Source: Longimicrobiales bacterium (lineage in GTDB: Bacteria; Gemmatimonadota; Gemmatimonadetes; Longimicrobiales; Gaopeijiaceae). From it: a DNA stretch of 32,930 nt. A program made the position numbers and the translations under genes. Positions 7,773 through 19,537 of the stretch are shown here, piece by piece; within the stretch, counting starts at the first letter, position 1, and each line of letters starts with the position of its first letter. The stretch covers positions 1 through 32,930 of the forward strand of contig CBDANQ010000047.1 in assembly GCA_965197725.1 (NCBI GenBank), written 5' to 3'. The notes under the pieces were generated by a model, which was not told where the DNA came from, searched no databases, and saw only the letters and a program-made list of their open reading frames with translations.

Positions 7773-9068
7773 TTACCCGTCGTCAAGGAAGTCTTCCAGG
7801 GCTTCGAGCGTTGGCTCGATGAGGGCAAAGTGTTCCTCGGCGTCCATGATTTGAGCTAGTCCCTCGGGCAACTCGACCGCGCGTCCGATCGCTTTCTCCA
7901 CGACATCCGGAAACTTCGCTGGGTGGGCGGTAGCGAGCACGACGGTCGGGCCGTCACCGACGCCATGGTGCCGCTTCTGCGCGCGATACGCCACCGCGGA
8001 GTGTGGATCGAGCACGTAGCCGGTACGGCGGTACACGTCGGCTATGCAGTCGGCGGTTTCCGCGTCTCCGATCGAGGCACCGGTCACGATGTGCTGTAGG
8101 GCACTCGGGTCGTTGCGAAACAGCCACTGGATCCTCTCGAAGTTGCTCGGCGCCCCCACGTCCATCGCATTCGAAACAGTGGGAAGGGAGGCGCGCGGCT
8201 GGAACGAGCCGGTGTTCAGGTACTGGGGGAACACGTCATTGGCGTTCGAGGCTGCGAGAAAGCCGAGGGAGGGCATTCCGGCAAGGCTCGCGATGAGTCC
8301 GGCGCACAGGCTACCGAGGTTGCCCGACGGCACCACGAAACGGGCGGGAGCGCCGCCGAGCAGTATCCAGGCGTGCAGGTAGTAGAAACTCTGCGGCAGC
8401 AAACGTCCCACGTTGATCGAGTTGGCGGACGTGAGGCGGTGTCGCTCCCGGATGCGAGTCTGGCTGAACGCCTGCTTCGCCAGTCGTTGACAGTCGTCGA
8501 AGGTTCCCGCTACCGCGACCGCGTTCACATTTCCTCCGAGCGTGCTCATTTGGCGGCGCTGCCGCTTGCTGATGCCCTCGCGGGGAAAGAGGGCCACGAC
8601 CCGATACCGCTCCAGCCCGTGGAACGCGCTCGCGACAGCTCCGCCCGTGTCACCTGAAGTGGCAACGAGCACGGTCCTTCGAGCGCTCGTCGCGTCGGAG
8701 TCGTCGAGCTCGCTCATCAAGTTGGCCATGAAGCGGGCGCCAACATCCTTGAACGCGTGCGAGGGACCGTGGTGGAGCTCCAGCACATGAATGCCCGCTT
8801 CCACCTCCACGAGCGGAACCGGGAACGAGAGCGCAGCCCTGGTTATTCGTCGTACGGTAGCTGCGTCGACGTGACGGGCCAGAAGTCGCTCGGCACTCCA
8901 CAGCGCCGAGTCGACGAAATCGCCCGCGGGGGGCGGCGTAACCTCACCGGAACCGAGGGAGGGAAGGGGGTCGGGAACGAACAGGCCGCCGTCGGGAGCA
9001 AGACCCCGAAAGAGGGCGTCGCGCAGCGAGGCGGAACCGCCACCCCGGGTCGTTGTGAAGGTTGACAT
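7773..9068 (-). CDS. thrC: Threonine synthase
   Basis: GLAPDGGLFVP, LELHHGPSHAFKDVGARF (PLP lysine), ATSGDTGGAVA, TAHPAKF. Confidence 0.96.
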   Translation of the reverse strand: MSTFTTTRGGGSASLRDALFRGLAPDGGLFVPDPLPSLGSGEVTPPPAGDFVDSALWSAERLLARHVDAATVRRITRAALSFPVPLVEVEAGIHVLELHHGPSHAFKDVGARFMANLMSELDDSDATSARRTVLVATSGDTGGAVASAFHGLERYRVVALFPREGISKRQRRQMSTLGGNVNAVAVAGTFDDCQRLAKQAFSQTRIRERHRLTSANSINVGRLLPQSFYYLHAWILLGGAPARFVVPSGNLGSLCAGLIASLAGMPSLGFLAASNANDVFPQYLNTGSFQPRASLPTVSNAMDVGAPSNFERIQWLFRNDPSALQHIVTGASIGDAETADCIADVYRRTGYVLDPHSAVAYRAQKRHHGVGDGPTVVLATAHPAKFPDVVEKAIGRAVELPEGLAQIMDAEEHFALIEPTLEALEDFLDDG

Positions 9069-9293
9069 TCCGGGGGAACCAGCCGCGGGCCACGGGAGAC
9101 ATCGAACCTGGTTTACATCAGGTTGCCAGGTGCACGTCCCGAAACTTAGTCAGAGCCATAGTGTCCGCCACTCTCGCCCCCATGGGTGGCAGCCGAAGAT
9201 TCGTTAGTTGCTCCCCGCGCAGTGCACGCAAGAGACGACGCCGACGCACCGAGGGGCCCCGGCGTCAGCACTACTACGGGGACCCGAGCAGGC

Positions 9294-9863
9294 TTACTTC
9301 TTCTTCCGCTTGGCGGCCTTCTTCTTGGGAGCAGCCTTTTTCTTGGCTGCGGCCTGCTTCCTTGGAGCGGCCTTTTTCTTGGCTGTGGCCTTCTTCTTAG
9401 GGGCGGCCTTTTTCTTGGCTGCGGCCTTCTTCCTAGGGGCAGCCTTTTTCTTGGCTGCGGCCTTCTTCCTAGGGGCAGCCTTTTTCTTGGCTGCGGCCTT
9501 CTTCCTAGGGGCAGCCTTTTTCTTGGCTGCGGCCTTCTTCTTGGGGGCAGCCTTTTTCTTGGCTGCGGCCTTCTTCTTAGGAGCAGCCTTTTTCTTGGCT
9601 GCGGCCTTCTTCTTAGGAGCAGCCCTTTTCTTGGCTGCGGCCCTCTTCCTTGGAGCGGCCTTCTTCTTAGGAGCCGCTTTTTTCTTGGCTGCGGCTTTCT
9701 TCTTGGGGGCAGCCTTCTTCTTGGCTACGGCCTTCTTCTTCCGAGCCGGTGCCCGCTTCGAGGCCGGACGCTTCTTCGCGTGGCCGGCCTTCTTGGTGGC
9801 CGGCTTCTTAACTGCGGCCTTCTTTTTCTTCTTGGCCGGAGCCTTCTTCTTCTTGGTCGCCAC
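9294..9863 (-). CDS. Histone H1-like Lys/Ala-rich DNA-binding protein (Hc2/AlgP-like composition)
   Basis: 189 aa almost entirely K/A/P/R; 36-bp (12 aa) tandem unit KKAAP(K/R)KKAAAK; GTG start after GGAGG. Confidence 0.85.
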   Translation of the reverse strand: MATKKKKAPAKKKKKAAVKKPATKKAGHAKKRPASKRAPARKKKAVAKKKAAPKKKAAAKKKAAPKKKAAPRKRAAAKKRAAPKKKAAAKKKAAPKKKAAAKKKAAPKKKAAAKKKAAPRKKAAAKKKAAPRKKAAAKKKAAPRKKAAAKKKAAPKKKATAKKKAAPRKQAAAKKKAAPKKKAAKRKKK

Positions 9864-10116
9864 TGGAGTTCCCTCCGGAACGGTGAGTGAGCACTACGGA
9901 TGGTCGAAGTGCGTTCCTATCTACACGCCTTCACCCGTGATGCGCAATAGATCAAATTCACATGTGCCTACGACATATCGGTGATCCGATGAAGTGAATG
10001 CACCATATATAGTAGGTACGGTCGCGATTGCATACCTCTTTTGCTAACGTTCGCCAGCGTTTCCCAGAGATCATTCGAGTTCGCTCCTCCGTTGTGGACC
10101 ACCCTTCACTGCTAGC

Positions 10117-10896
10117 ATGCGCGCGCTCACACCTGCCGAGTTTCTGGACGAGCTCCGCCGCCGCGGCGCCCTGCGGCTGCGTCGTGTATCGTTTCGGAGA
10201 AACCGAAGCACGATTTGGTCGCTGACCAAGAGAGGCGCGGCGCTCAACGTGCACGTTGCATATCGCCGTTCTCCGCCGGAGCTGCTCGATGCGTTTGCGG
10301 TGATCGCGTCGGAGGGCGGTGTCAGCACAGCGGAGGCCAGGGCCGCCGACCGAAGGGTTCATGAATGGCCGGAGCTTCAGCGTGCGGTCGAAGAGGCGCG
10401 TTCCGAGCACGAGTCTCGCCTGCGTGCATCGGCGTGCGCTGAAGGGGGCACTACGCACTGCTGTGCGACTGCCGACCAGCGACGCTATTTCAGGTCCATC
10501 TACCGCTATTTCAACCACACGCGTTTCAGTGGGATTCTGCCGGCCGACGTCCCGGTACGCCTGAGCAGTCGAATGAAGTCGGCGCTCGGCCAGATGTTGC
10601 CGGGTAGGGGAGAGGGTGCACGCTATGTGGTCGAGATCGCGTTGAACGTCGATCTGATGCTCGAAGGGAATGGGGTGGAACGCGTCGACACGCTTCTCCA
10701 CGAGATGGCGCACGCCGCGGACTACCTGGTGAACGGGAATCGCGACCACGGGCGGACGTGGCGGGAGTGGGCGTCGCGGGTGGGGTGTGAGCCGGAGACC
10801 CTGTACGACCGGCCTGTGCGTCGACGGGTCAGGCGCCGTGACGCTGTCGATCGAGTTCCCCCGCTCCCGCCCGCGCTTCAGCGCCCCTCGGACTGA
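10117..10896 (+). CDS. SprT-like zinc metalloprotease domain protein
   Basis: YFNHTRFSG...SSRMKSALG...TLLHEMAH...HGRTWREWASRVG (HExxH plus downstream HG). Confidence 0.8.
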   Translation: MRALTPAEFLDELRRRGALRLRRVSFRRNRSTIWSLTKRGAALNVHVAYRRSPPELLDAFAVIASEGGVSTAEARAADRRVHEWPELQRAVEEARSEHESRLRASACAEGGTTHCCATADQRRYFRSIYRYFNHTRFSGILPADVPVRLSSRMKSALGQMLPGRGEGARYVVEIALNVDLMLEGNGVERVDTLLHEMAHAADYLVNGNRDHGRTWREWASRVGCEPETLYDRPVRRRVRRRDAVDRVPPLPPALQRPSD

Positions 10897-10950
10897 TCGG
10901 CGGGCGGACCGACCACTGACTGCGGCCCGTTGTACTTCTGCCACGTGCTG

Positions 10951-11515
10951 CTAGCCGGGCCAGAGCCAGCCGAACGCGCCGGCGGTCACCGATGCGTAGA
11001 CGAGGCCGTCGAACATCGACCTTGAACGATGTGCTCCACTTCTGGTGGAACCATATCGAACGCTGGGGATGCGCCAGCGCGTAACAACAGAAGGCGACGG
11101 TTCCGGTCACGCGGAATACTGAGAGATAGTCGGCGCCGGGGCCAAGCATGCGTCCGCCGAGGTAGGCGGCCACGACGCCGACGAGGACGCTGTACAGGAA
11201 CCACTGCGTCAGGCTCTTGCCCATGTCGAACATCGCGCCCGGCGGCAACACGGTGAAGAACGCGACCGGGCCCTTCTCTACTTTTTCTCGGAAGGCGTCC
11301 GACTTCATGCCCTCCATGCCTCCGGCGTAGGGGAGCACATAGTCGCCTGGCGGGACGTTGAAGCCTCGCAGCGCGTCCATCACCCCGTCTTCGTCCTCGA
11401 CCTTGTTGAAGTCGTTGTTGTGATAGGTGAGGAACATGTGGATGATCGAACTCACCGCGAAGACCAGCACCGCAGCGAGCAGGATCGGGGCCCACAGGGA
11501 GAGGATCGAAACCAT
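10951..11515 (-). CDS. Conserved hypothetical membrane protein, +1 frameshift near 11020
   Basis: ATG 11515 after GGAGG; several TM segments; removing one G restores ...[31 protein letters not shown] at 10951. Confidence 0.75.
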
Positions 11516-11592
11516 GCTGCCTCCTGTTCCCAAGCTTTTGAGAGTGCTCGCTCAGCGTAGGCGCTGGCGGCGCGCAACGCAAATCGCAGCCG

Positions 11593-13593
11593 CTAGGTGG
11601 TTCCCTTTGCCGCCGCCACGACCTTCTCGACGGTGAAGCCGAACTTCTCGAAGAGCACGTCGGCGGGTGCCGACGCTCCGAAGTGGTCTAGGCCGATGGA
11701 GCGACCGGCGGATCCCACCCAGCGCTCCCAGCCGAATGTGCTGCCGGCTTCGACCGAGATTCGATTGCTCACCGACGACGGCAACACGTCGTCGCGGTAG
11801 CTCTGGTCCTGCTGCCCGAACAGGAACCAGCTCGGCATGCTGACGACCCGGGTCGGAACCCCTTCGGCCTCCAGCCGTTCTCCGGACTCGACCGCCAGCC
11901 CGAGTTCCGATCCGCTCGCGATGAGGATCGCCTGGGGCGGGTGCACGGAAGACTCGGTGAGCACGTAGCCACCGCGGCGCAGTCCCTCGGCCGACGCGTG
12001 CGGTCCGCGGCGGTCCAGCACAGCGACCTTCTGCCGGCTCAGCGCGAGGAAGCTCGGGCCGTCGGAGCGCTGGATCGCCACACGCCAGGCGATCTCGGTC
12101 TCTGCCGCGTCGCCGGGCCGCAGGTCCGCCACGTTGGGAATCGCGCGTAGCGCGGCGAGCTGTTCCACCGGCTGGTGCGTCGGTCCGTCCTCACCGAGCC
12201 CGATCGAATCGTGCGAGAAGACGTATACGGCGGGCTGCCCCATCAGGCCGGCAAGTCGAATCGCGGGCCGCATGTAGTCGGAGAAGATCAGGAACGTGCC
12301 GGCGTATGGTCGGATGCCGCCGTGCAGGATCATGCCGTTCATGATCGAGCCCATGGCGTGCTCTCGAACCCCGTAGTGCATGACGCGCCCTGATGGAGTG
12401 TCGGGCAACAGGCTGTCCGCTCCCACGATGTCGGTCTTGTTCGAGCCTCCCAGGTCGGCGGATCCGCCCACGAGGTTGGGGATGCCCGCCGCGAGGCCCT
12501 GCAGAACCTTGCCCGACCAGCCGCGGGTGGCGTCGCCCGACTCGACGCACGAGAGGTCCGGCACGGCCTGGTCCCATCCCTCGGGCAGGTGCCCCGCCAT
12601 CATGTTCGAAAACTCGGCCGCCATTTCGGGCATCTCAGCCTGATACACGGAGAAGCGTGCCTGCCAGGTATCCTGAAGGCGCTGGCCCTTGCTCACGCAG
12701 TCCGACCAGTGTTCGCGGGCACCCCCATCGACGTGGAACGGCTCGAGTGAAGGGTAGCCGAGGTTCCTCTTGGTGGCTTCGATCTCGTCGGCCCCAAGGG
12801 GAGCACCGTGCGCCGCCGCCGTTCCCGACTTGCCTGGGCTCCCGTATGCGATCGTCGTGCGTAGCACGATCAGGCTCGGGCGCTCGGTCTCCAGTTTCGC
12901 CTCCCGTATCGCGAGGTCGATCGCTTCGAGGTCGTTGCCGTCGTCCACGTGAAGCGTGTGCCAGCCGTATCCCTCGAATCGCTTCGCCTGGTCGGTCGAC
13001 GTCGAGAGATCCGTGCCACCCTCGATCGTGATCCGGTTATCGTCGAAGATCCAGATCAGCTTGCCGAGCCTCTGGTGCCCCGCGATCGCGGCGGCCTCGT
13101 GCGAGACGCCCTCCATCAAGTCGCCGTCCGAGCAGAGCGCGTACGTGAAGTGGTCGACGATCTGATGCCCGGTTCGGTTGAACCGTTCCGCCAGCCACCG
13201 TTCCGCCAAGGCCATCCCGACCGAGTTCGCGACACCCTGTCCCAGCGGACCGGTAGTCGTCTCGAGCCCCGGTACATGTGCATGCTCGGGATGGCCAGCG
13301 GTCGGCGACCCCCACTGGCGGAAGTTGCGGATGTCCTCCTCCGAGAGGTCGTATCCGCTCAGGTGGAGCAGCGAGTAGACGAGCATCGACGCGTGGCCGA
13401 CGGAGAGCACGAAGCGGTCTCGGTCGAGCCAGCTCGGGTCCTTCGGATTGTGGCGAAGGTGTCGGTGAAACAGAACATACCCGACCGGCGCGAGGGCCAT
13501 CGGCGTGCCGGGGTGGCCGGAGTTCGCCTGCTGAACCGCGTCCATCGAAAGAACGCGGATCGCGTCGATGGCCAATCGCTCGACATCGCTCAT
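11593..13593 (-). CDS. tkt: Transketolase
   Basis: [23 protein letters not shown] motif DGDLMEG...[21 protein letters not shown]. Confidence 0.98.
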   Translation of the reverse strand: MSDVERLAIDAIRVLSMDAVQQANSGHPGTPMALAPVGYVLFHRHLRHNPKDPSWLDRDRFVLSVGHASMLVYSLLHLSGYDLSEEDIRNFRQWGSPTAGHPEHAHVPGLETTTGPLGQGVANSVGMALAERWLAERFNRTGHQIVDHFTYALCSDGDLMEGVSHEAAAIAGHQRLGKLIWIFDDNRITIEGGTDLSTSTDQAKRFEGYGWHTLHVDDGNDLEAIDLAIREAKLETERPSLIVLRTTIAYGSPGKSGTAAAHGAPLGADEIEATKRNLGYPSLEPFHVDGGAREHWSDCVSKGQRLQDTWQARFSVYQAEMPEMAAEFSNMMAGHLPEGWDQAVPDLSCVESGDATRGWSGKVLQGLAAGIPNLVGGSADLGGSNKTDIVGADSLLPDTPSGRVMHYGVREHAMGSIMNGMILHGGIRPYAGTFLIFSDYMRPAIRLAGLMGQPAVYVFSHDSIGLGEDGPTHQPVEQLAALRAIPNVADLRPGDAAETEIAWRVAIQRSDGPSFLALSRQKVAVLDRRGPHASAEGLRRGGYVLTESSVHPPQAILIASGSELGLAVESGERLEAEGVPTRVVSMPSWFLFGQQDQSYRDDVLPSSVSNRISVEAGSTFGWERWVGSAGRSIGLDHFGASAPADVLFEKFGFTVEKVVAAAKGTT

Positions 13594-16043
13594 CCGACGA
13601 CGAAGTTCACGAGACGGTCCTTCACATAGATCACTCGGCGTTCCTCCCCGTCCTCCAGATGGCGTGCGACGTTGTCGTCTGAGCGCGCGGCCGCGACGAC
13701 CTCGTCCTCGGCCGCGTCCCTGGCGACGGTTACTTGGCCACGCAGCTTGCCGTTCACTTGAACGGCGATCTCGACGATGCTCTCTACCGTCTTGGCCTCA
13801 TCATGCGCCGGCCAGTTCTTGCCGTCGAAGACGCTGCCCTCCTTCCCGAAGCGTTGCCACAGCTCCTCGGCCATGTGCGGGGCGAACGGCGCGATCATGG
13901 GCACGAGCGGCTCAATCTCGGGGCGCTTGGCGCTTCGGCCGCCTGCTCGGATCGTGTTCAGACATTCCATGAGCGCGGCGATCGCGGTGTTGAAGCTCAG
14001 AGCAGGCATCTGCTCCGTGACCTGCTTGATCGTTTGATGCACCTTCCGCTCGACGTCCACGTCGGCCTCGCCGTCTTCGGCGGTCGTCGCGGTGTCCCAC
14101 AACCGGTGCAGAAAGCCGAAAGGCCCCTGGATTCCTTGGGCCTGGTAGTCGCCGCCTTCCTCATACGGGCCCAAAAACATCAGGTACGTACGGAACGTGT
14201 CAGCGCCGAACTCCTCGATGATCGGGTCGGGGATGACCACGTTGCCCTTGCTTTTCGACATCTTCGCGCCCTCGGCGATGATCAGCCCATGCGCGCGGAA
14301 GACGTCGTAAGGCTCCTCGAAGTCCAGGTGGCCCAGGTCCTTGAGCGCCATCGTGATGAAGCGAGAGTACATCAGGTGCAACACCGCGTGCTCGTTGCCA
14401 CCGATGTACGTGTCGACCGGCAGCCACCGCCTGGTGATCTCCGCGTCGAACGGCTTGTCGTCGAAATCGGTCGAAGGATAGCGCAGGAAGTACCAGCCCG
14501 AATCGAGGAACGTGTCGCTGACGTCGGTCTCGCGACGCGCGGCCTCGCCACACTCCGGACACGTGGTCTGATACCAATCCGCGACGCGGGCCAGCGGACT
14601 GATGCCCGAATCGTCCGGCTTGAAATCCTCGACACGCGGCAGGATGACGGGCAGCTCCTCATCGGGCACGGGGACAGGTCCGCACGCGTCGCAGTGGATG
14701 ATCGGGATCGGAGGTCCCCAGTAGCGCTGCCTCGAGATGCACCAGTCGTGGAGCCGGTAGTTCACGCGCGCGTCGCCCCAGCCGTTCTCGCGGGCCCAGT
14801 CGGTGACCGCTGCCACCGACCGCGAGACGTCGATGCCGTCGAAGTGCGCGGAGTTCACCAGGGTCCCGGGCCCGACGTACGCGCTCTCGAGCGGCGTGTC
14901 CGCGTCCTCATCCGGCGACGCAACGACGCGTACGATCGGCAGGTCGAACTGCGTCGCGAACTCGAAGTCGCGCTCGTCGTGGCCGGGCACGGCCATGATC
15001 GCACCGGTCCCGTACTCCATCAGCACGTAGTCCGCGATCCAGATGGGCATCGCATCGCCCGTCGCCGGGTTCCGGCAGTGGCCGCCGGTGAACACGCCGG
15101 TCTTGGTCCTGTCGATCTTCTGCCGGGCGACCAGGTCCGTCCGCGTAGCCTCGTCACGGTAGGCGAAGACCGGTGGCTGGCGGCCATCATCCGTGACCTC
15201 GTCGACCAGAGGGTGCTCAGGAGACAGCACCATATACGTTGCGCCAAAAACGGTGTCGGGACGCGTGGTATATACCTCGACCTTCGTGCCGGTCTCCTCG
15301 CCGTTTTCGTCGATGACCGGGAAGCGCAGCTCGGCGCCCTCGCTGCGTCCGATCCAGTTCCCCTGTGCCCTCCGGGTCGTGTCCGACCAGTCGATGTGGT
15401 CGAGGTTGTCCAGCAATCGCTGTGCGTACCGCGTGATCTTGAAGAACCACTGCGCGATCCGGCGCTGCTCGACTGGGGTGCCACAGCGCTCACACGCACC
15501 CGCAACGACCTGCTCGTTCGCGAGCACTGTCATGCACGACGGGCACCAGTTGACCGGCGCTTCCTTGCGCTCGGCAAGACCCGCCTTGAACAGCTGCACG
15601 AAGATCCACTGCGTCCACCTGTAGTACGCGGGGTCGGTGGTATCGACCGAGTGACTCCAATCGAACATGCCGCCGAGACGACGCAGCTGACGCGTGAAGT
15701 TCTTCACATTCGACGGGATGAGATCCATCGGGTGCGTGCCGATCTTCAGCGCGAAGTTCTCGGAGTGGATGCCGAACGCGTCGAAGCCCATCGGCTCGAA
15801 GACAGACTTCCCCTGGAGCCGTTGGTACCGGCCGTGAACGTCCGCGCCCGTAAAGGCGTAGATGTTGCCCACGTGCAGCCCCTCGGAGGAGGGGTAGGGG
15901 AACATCATGAGGTTGTAGAATTTGTCTTCCGCGGACTTGATCTCTTCCAGGGTATAGGAGTTCGTGCCGCGCTCGTCCCACAGGCGCTGCCACTTCTCCT
16001 CTACGGCGGACGGGTCATAGCCGTCGCGTTCTTCGTTGGACAT
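13590..16043 (-). CDS. leuS: Leucine--tRNA ligase
   Basis: [14 protein letters not shown] (HIGH-like), [10 protein letters not shown] editing domain, [16 protein letters not shown]; start taken as MSNEERDGY at 16043. Confidence 0.97.
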   Translation of the reverse strand: MSNEERDGYDPSAVEEKWQRLWDERGTNSYTLEEIKSAEDKFYNLMMFPYPSSEGLHVGNIYAFTGADVHGRYQRLQGKSVFEPMGFDAFGIHSENFALKIGTHPMDLIPSNVKNFTRQLRRLGGMFDWSHSVDTTDPAYYRWTQWIFVQLFKAGLAERKEAPVNWCPSCMTVLANEQVVAGACERCGTPVEQRRIAQWFFKITRYAQRLLDNLDHIDWSDTTRRAQGNWIGRSEGAELRFPVIDENGEETGTKVEVYTTRPDTVFGATYMVLSPEHPLVDEVTDDGRQPPVFAYRDEATRTDLVARQKIDRTKTGVFTGGHCRNPATGDAMPIWIADYVLMEYGTGAIMAVPGHDERDFEFATQFDLPIVRVVASPDEDADTPLESAYVGPGTLVNSAHFDGIDVSRSVAAVTDWARENGWGDARVNYRLHDWCISRQRYWGPPIPIIHCDACGPVPVPDEELPVILPRVEDFKPDDSGISPLARVADWYQTTCPECGEAARRETDVSDTFLDSGWYFLRYPSTDFDDKPFDAEITRRWLPVDTYIGGNEHAVLHLMYSRFITMALKDLGHLDFEEPYDVFRAHGLIIAEGAKMSKSKGNVVIPDPIIEEFGADTFRTYLMFLGPYEEGGDYQAQGIQGPFGFLHRLWDTATTAEDGEADVDVERKVHQTIKQVTEQMPALSFNTAIAALMECLNTIRAGGRSAKRPEIEPLVPMIAPFAPHMAEELWQRFGKEGSVFDGKNWPAHDEAKTVESIVEIAVQVNGKLRGQVTVARDAAEDEVVAAARSDDNVARHLEDGEERRVIYVKDRLVNFVVG

Positions 16044-16160
16044 GGTGTGCCGGTTGCAAAGAAGTCCCAAGCTAAAGGGACGGGGTGGGTGGCCCAAGGC
16101 TATGTTCTTGAACCCAGTCCGGTCGTCACGTCGCCCATCGGCCGTCGCTACCGTTTCCAG

Positions 16161-17915
16161 ATGTCCAAGCCCAAAACGAAAAGGATTTCGGGCGCGAGTC
16201 TCAAGAGCGCGTTCGAGGAGATCATTTGGCCCCGCAGGAAGCTCATCTCCCTGGGGCTCTTCTTGATCTTGCTCAATCGCCTGAGCGGGCTCGTCCTGCC
16301 GGCGTCGACGCGGCCCCTGGTCGACGACGTGCTCGCCAATGGCGATCGGGACATGCTGTGGGTGTTGCTCGGGGCGGTGGGGGGGGCGGTGGTGATCCAA
16401 GCGGCCACGTCATACGCGCTGACGATGCTGATGAGCGTCGAGGCGCAGCACCTCATCGCGAGCCTGCGGGCTGAGGTGCAAAAACACGTGCTACAGCTCC
16501 CGGTGCGCGTGTTCGACAACACGAAGTCGGGTGAGCTGGTGTCGCGCATCATGGACGACGTCGAGGGTGTGCGGAACCTCGTGGGCACAGGGCTCGTGCA
16601 ACTCGTAGGCGGGACCGTCACCGCGATCGTAGCGTTCGTCTTCCTGGTCGGTATCAGCCCGGTGATGACGCTACTCGCCCTCGGGCCACTGGGTGGTTTC
16701 GCCTTCGTCTCGACCAAGGCGTTCCAAACGCTGCGGCCCGCGTTCCGAGAGCGGGGGGCGATCCGGGCTGAGGTGACCGGCCGGCTTACCGAAGCGCTCG
16801 GTGGCATCCGCGTCATCAAGGGTTTTCACGCAGTCGACAAGGAAGGCGAGATCTTCCACGCCGGCGTCATGCGCATCTTCGAGAACGTGAAGACGACGCT
16901 CAGGACCTCGAGCTTGGTGACCAGCTTGGGCGCGTTCTTCATGGGGCTCGCTAGCGTCCTGATCATGGGGTACGGTGGCCATCTGATCCTTCTGGATCAG
17001 CTCACTGTGGGCGAGCTCTTCGCGTTCACGCTTTTCCTCGGCTTCCTCATCGCACCGGTCGTCCAGATGGCGAATATCGGGACGCAGATGACGGAGGCGT
17101 TCGCGGGACTCGACCGCACGGCCGAGCTACTCTCATGGCCCCGAGAAGACGACGACCCCAGGCGCACGGTCGAGATGCCGCCCATCAACGGGCACGTGGA
17201 GTTCGAGGACGTGCGCTTCCGCTACGAGGAAGACAAGCCGGTCCTCAAGAACGTCTCGTTCACGGCGACACCCGGAACCGTGATCGCGCTCGTCGGCAGC
17301 TCGGGCTCGGGCAAGTCGACGCTCGCGGGACTAGCGGCCACGTTCCTAGAGCCCGACGAGGGCAGGGTGCTCATCGACGGCATCGATCTCCGCGAGGTGA
17401 GGCTCTCGACGTACCGTGACCAGCTCGGGCTCGTGCTCCAGGACGACTTCCTGTTCGATGGCACGATCCGTGAGAACCTCCTCTTCGCGCGCCCGGACGC
17501 GAGCGAGGGCGATGTTCGAGAGGCCGCCGAACAGGCGTACGTGTCGGAATTCACGGACCGCTTCCCCGAGGGCCTCGATACGATCATCGGCGAGCGCGGC
17601 GTCAAGCTGTCCGGCGGACAGCGACAGCGCGTGACGATCGCACGTGCGTTGCTCGCGAACCCCAACATTCTGCTGCTCGACGAAGCCACGTCGAGCCTCG
17701 ATACCGAGAGCGAAGCGCTCATCCAGAAGAGCCTCAACCAGCTCCTTCGGGGTCGCACCACCTTCGTGATCGCGCACCGACTCTCCACGATCCAGCGCGC
17801 CGACATGATTCTCGTCATCGAGGATGGCGAGATCGTCGAGCGCGGCAAGCACGATGACTTGATCGCGCGCGAGGGCCGGTATCACCAGCTCTATACGGTG
17901 CAGGCACGGATCTGA
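16161..17915 (+). CDS. ABC exporter, fused permease/ATP-binding (MsbA-like)
   Basis: TM domain, Walker A GSSGSGKS, LSGGQRQR, LLLDEATSSLD, IAHRLST; start MSKPK at 16161. Confidence 0.95.
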   Translation: MSKPKTKRISGASLKSAFEEIIWPRRKLISLGLFLILLNRLSGLVLPASTRPLVDDVLANGDRDMLWVLLGAVGGAVVIQAATSYALTMLMSVEAQHLIASLRAEVQKHVLQLPVRVFDNTKSGELVSRIMDDVEGVRNLVGTGLVQLVGGTVTAIVAFVFLVGISPVMTLLALGPLGGFAFVSTKAFQTLRPAFRERGAIRAEVTGRLTEALGGIRVIKGFHAVDKEGEIFHAGVMRIFENVKTTLRTSSLVTSLGAFFMGLASVLIMGYGGHLILLDQLTVGELFAFTLFLGFLIAPVVQMANIGTQMTEAFAGLDRTAELLSWPREDDDPRRTVEMPPINGHVEFEDVRFRYEEDKPVLKNVSFTATPGTVIALVGSSGSGKSTLAGLAATFLEPDEGRVLIDGIDLREVRLSTYRDQLGLVLQDDFLFDGTIRENLLFARPDASEGDVREAAEQAYVSEFTDRFPEGLDTIIGERGVKLSGGQRQRVTIARALLANPNILLLDEATSSLDTESEALIQKSLNQLLRGRTTFVIAHRLSTIQRADMILVIEDGEIVERGKHDDLIAREGRYHQLYTVQARI

Positions 17916-19174
17916 CGCGAGGGCGCTGAAATCGGCACCACGCTGCGTTGGGCCGGGCACCCGCGCCGTAGCTCGCTGGCTTCCGCGTCCCCCTCGACAC
18001 GGCGCCTCAACACCTCCAGGCAGTTGCGCACACTCGCGACGGGATTTCGGACCTCGTGCGCCAACCGCGCTAGCAATCGGGACGCTGCCGAGAGCCGGTC
18101 CCGCTGCACCAGCTCCACCTGCAGCATGCTCAGCCGCTCCTGCCGATCCTCTAATTCTTCGTTCGCCTCCGCCAACTCTTCGATGCGGGCGGCGAGCACA
18201 TCTCGCATGACTTCGAACGCACCCGCCATCTGATCGACCTCAGCGAGCACGGTGTGCTCGACCGAACCATCGAAGTGCCCGTCCCGGATTCGGGCCGCGG
18301 CAGCCGCTAACGAGGTGACCGGCCTCGCGATCCGGGAAGCGAGCCACCCACCGACCAGGAGTGCGAGCACAAGAGCCAGGGCGAAGACCCCCGCCCCGAC
18401 CACCCGTAGCGTCGGCACGATCGCCAGCTCCTCCGAGAGCGCCCGCACGAAGGTGATCCGCGCCCCGCCCGGGAGCACAGAACTCACGGCCAGATATCGC
18501 TCGTCGCCGAGCGTGAGCTCACGCACCTCTTCGGAGACCGGTTGCTGCCCCAGGAGACCGAAGAGTCCCATCGCCGGCTCGGACCTTCCCGTGTAGGCGC
18601 CCATGCCCTGGTCCGGTGCGCCGATGAGCACGTCCGACCGCGTGAGCACCGAGAGCTGCGCGGCCTCGTCTTCGGCTAAGGGCACCCAGACCCCTGCGGC
18701 CCCCTGCCACTCGTCGGTGACCTGAATCGGTGCGACCGCAACGGTGGCCAGCAGGTCCCCGGACTGGACGACTTCGACCGGCATCGAACCCTGCCGGGTC
18801 GCTTCGATCAGCTCTCGAGGAATCGAAGGACCGATCCAACTGCGTCCATCGGACCCAACCACAACGGCACTCTCACCAGGGAACGCGGCGACGAGTTCCA
18901 CGGCGAAGGAGACGGCGCTCGCCGAGTCACCGTGCTCGACGGCCGTCGCGAGCCCGGCATCCAGAGAAAGGTCACGGGCGTGCATCATTCGGGCACCCGC
19001 AAGGTTCTGGAAGCAATCGCGGAGGACCAGCGGAGCCAGACTCAGATCGTCCCGGACGCTTTGTTCCAGCGCGCTGACGAGCCGCCGATCGAGCAGCAGC
19101 CCGGCCGGAACCATGCCGACCAGCAGCACCGCTGCCACCAGGAAAAGTAGCGCTCGTTGTAGTGAGACCTTCAT
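17891..19174 (-). pseudogene. Sensor histidine kinase truncated after the HisKA domain
   Basis: TM, extracytoplasmic domain, TM, HAMP (IARPVTSLAAAAARI...EVDQMAGAFEVM), H-box LAHEVRNPVASV; no HATPase N/G1/F/G2 boxes; frame runs into the ABC gene end. Confidence 0.8.
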
Positions 19175-19537
19175 TCTTTCTCCGTCCGGCATCCTATGGG
19201 GTCGTCTCGTTCACCGATGTGCACGAAGCGTTCCCAGACCGAACGTCCTTTGTTGGCGCGAAGCCGGTGCGCCGCGACCGCCGCAATGACACTCCGTGGG
19301 CCCGGGGCGCCGTTTCATCGGCCGCCACCCACGTTGCATCGACGTTTCACGAAACATCGTGCTCGAGCCCCCCAGTTAGCCAGGATCGGCTCGATCGCCC
19401 GCGCTGCGCTTGGCCATCCCCGGGACGGCCCGCCATTCGTACGGCTTAGCACGACGCCTGCATCTGTAGATACCACCAAGTAGCGGCACGACCCCGCGCC
19501 GCATGGACAGGGACAGACCCACGCAGAGGAGAAAACA

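Noticed and set aside
9069..9290. tmRNA, SRP RNA or a known riboswitch (SAM, TPP, cobalamin, lysine)
   Set aside because: I could not find the diagnostic consensus motifs on either strand
9186..9984. Plus-strand Phe/Leu/Ala/Gly-rich ORFs as membrane proteins
   Set aside because: They are the antisense reading of the Lys/Ala repeat gene, which has the RBS and a known composition class
13734..16160. 1393-aa ORF as a giant ABC fusion
   Set aside because: The first ~810 codons are the antisense shadow of leuS; the ABC protein starts at 16161
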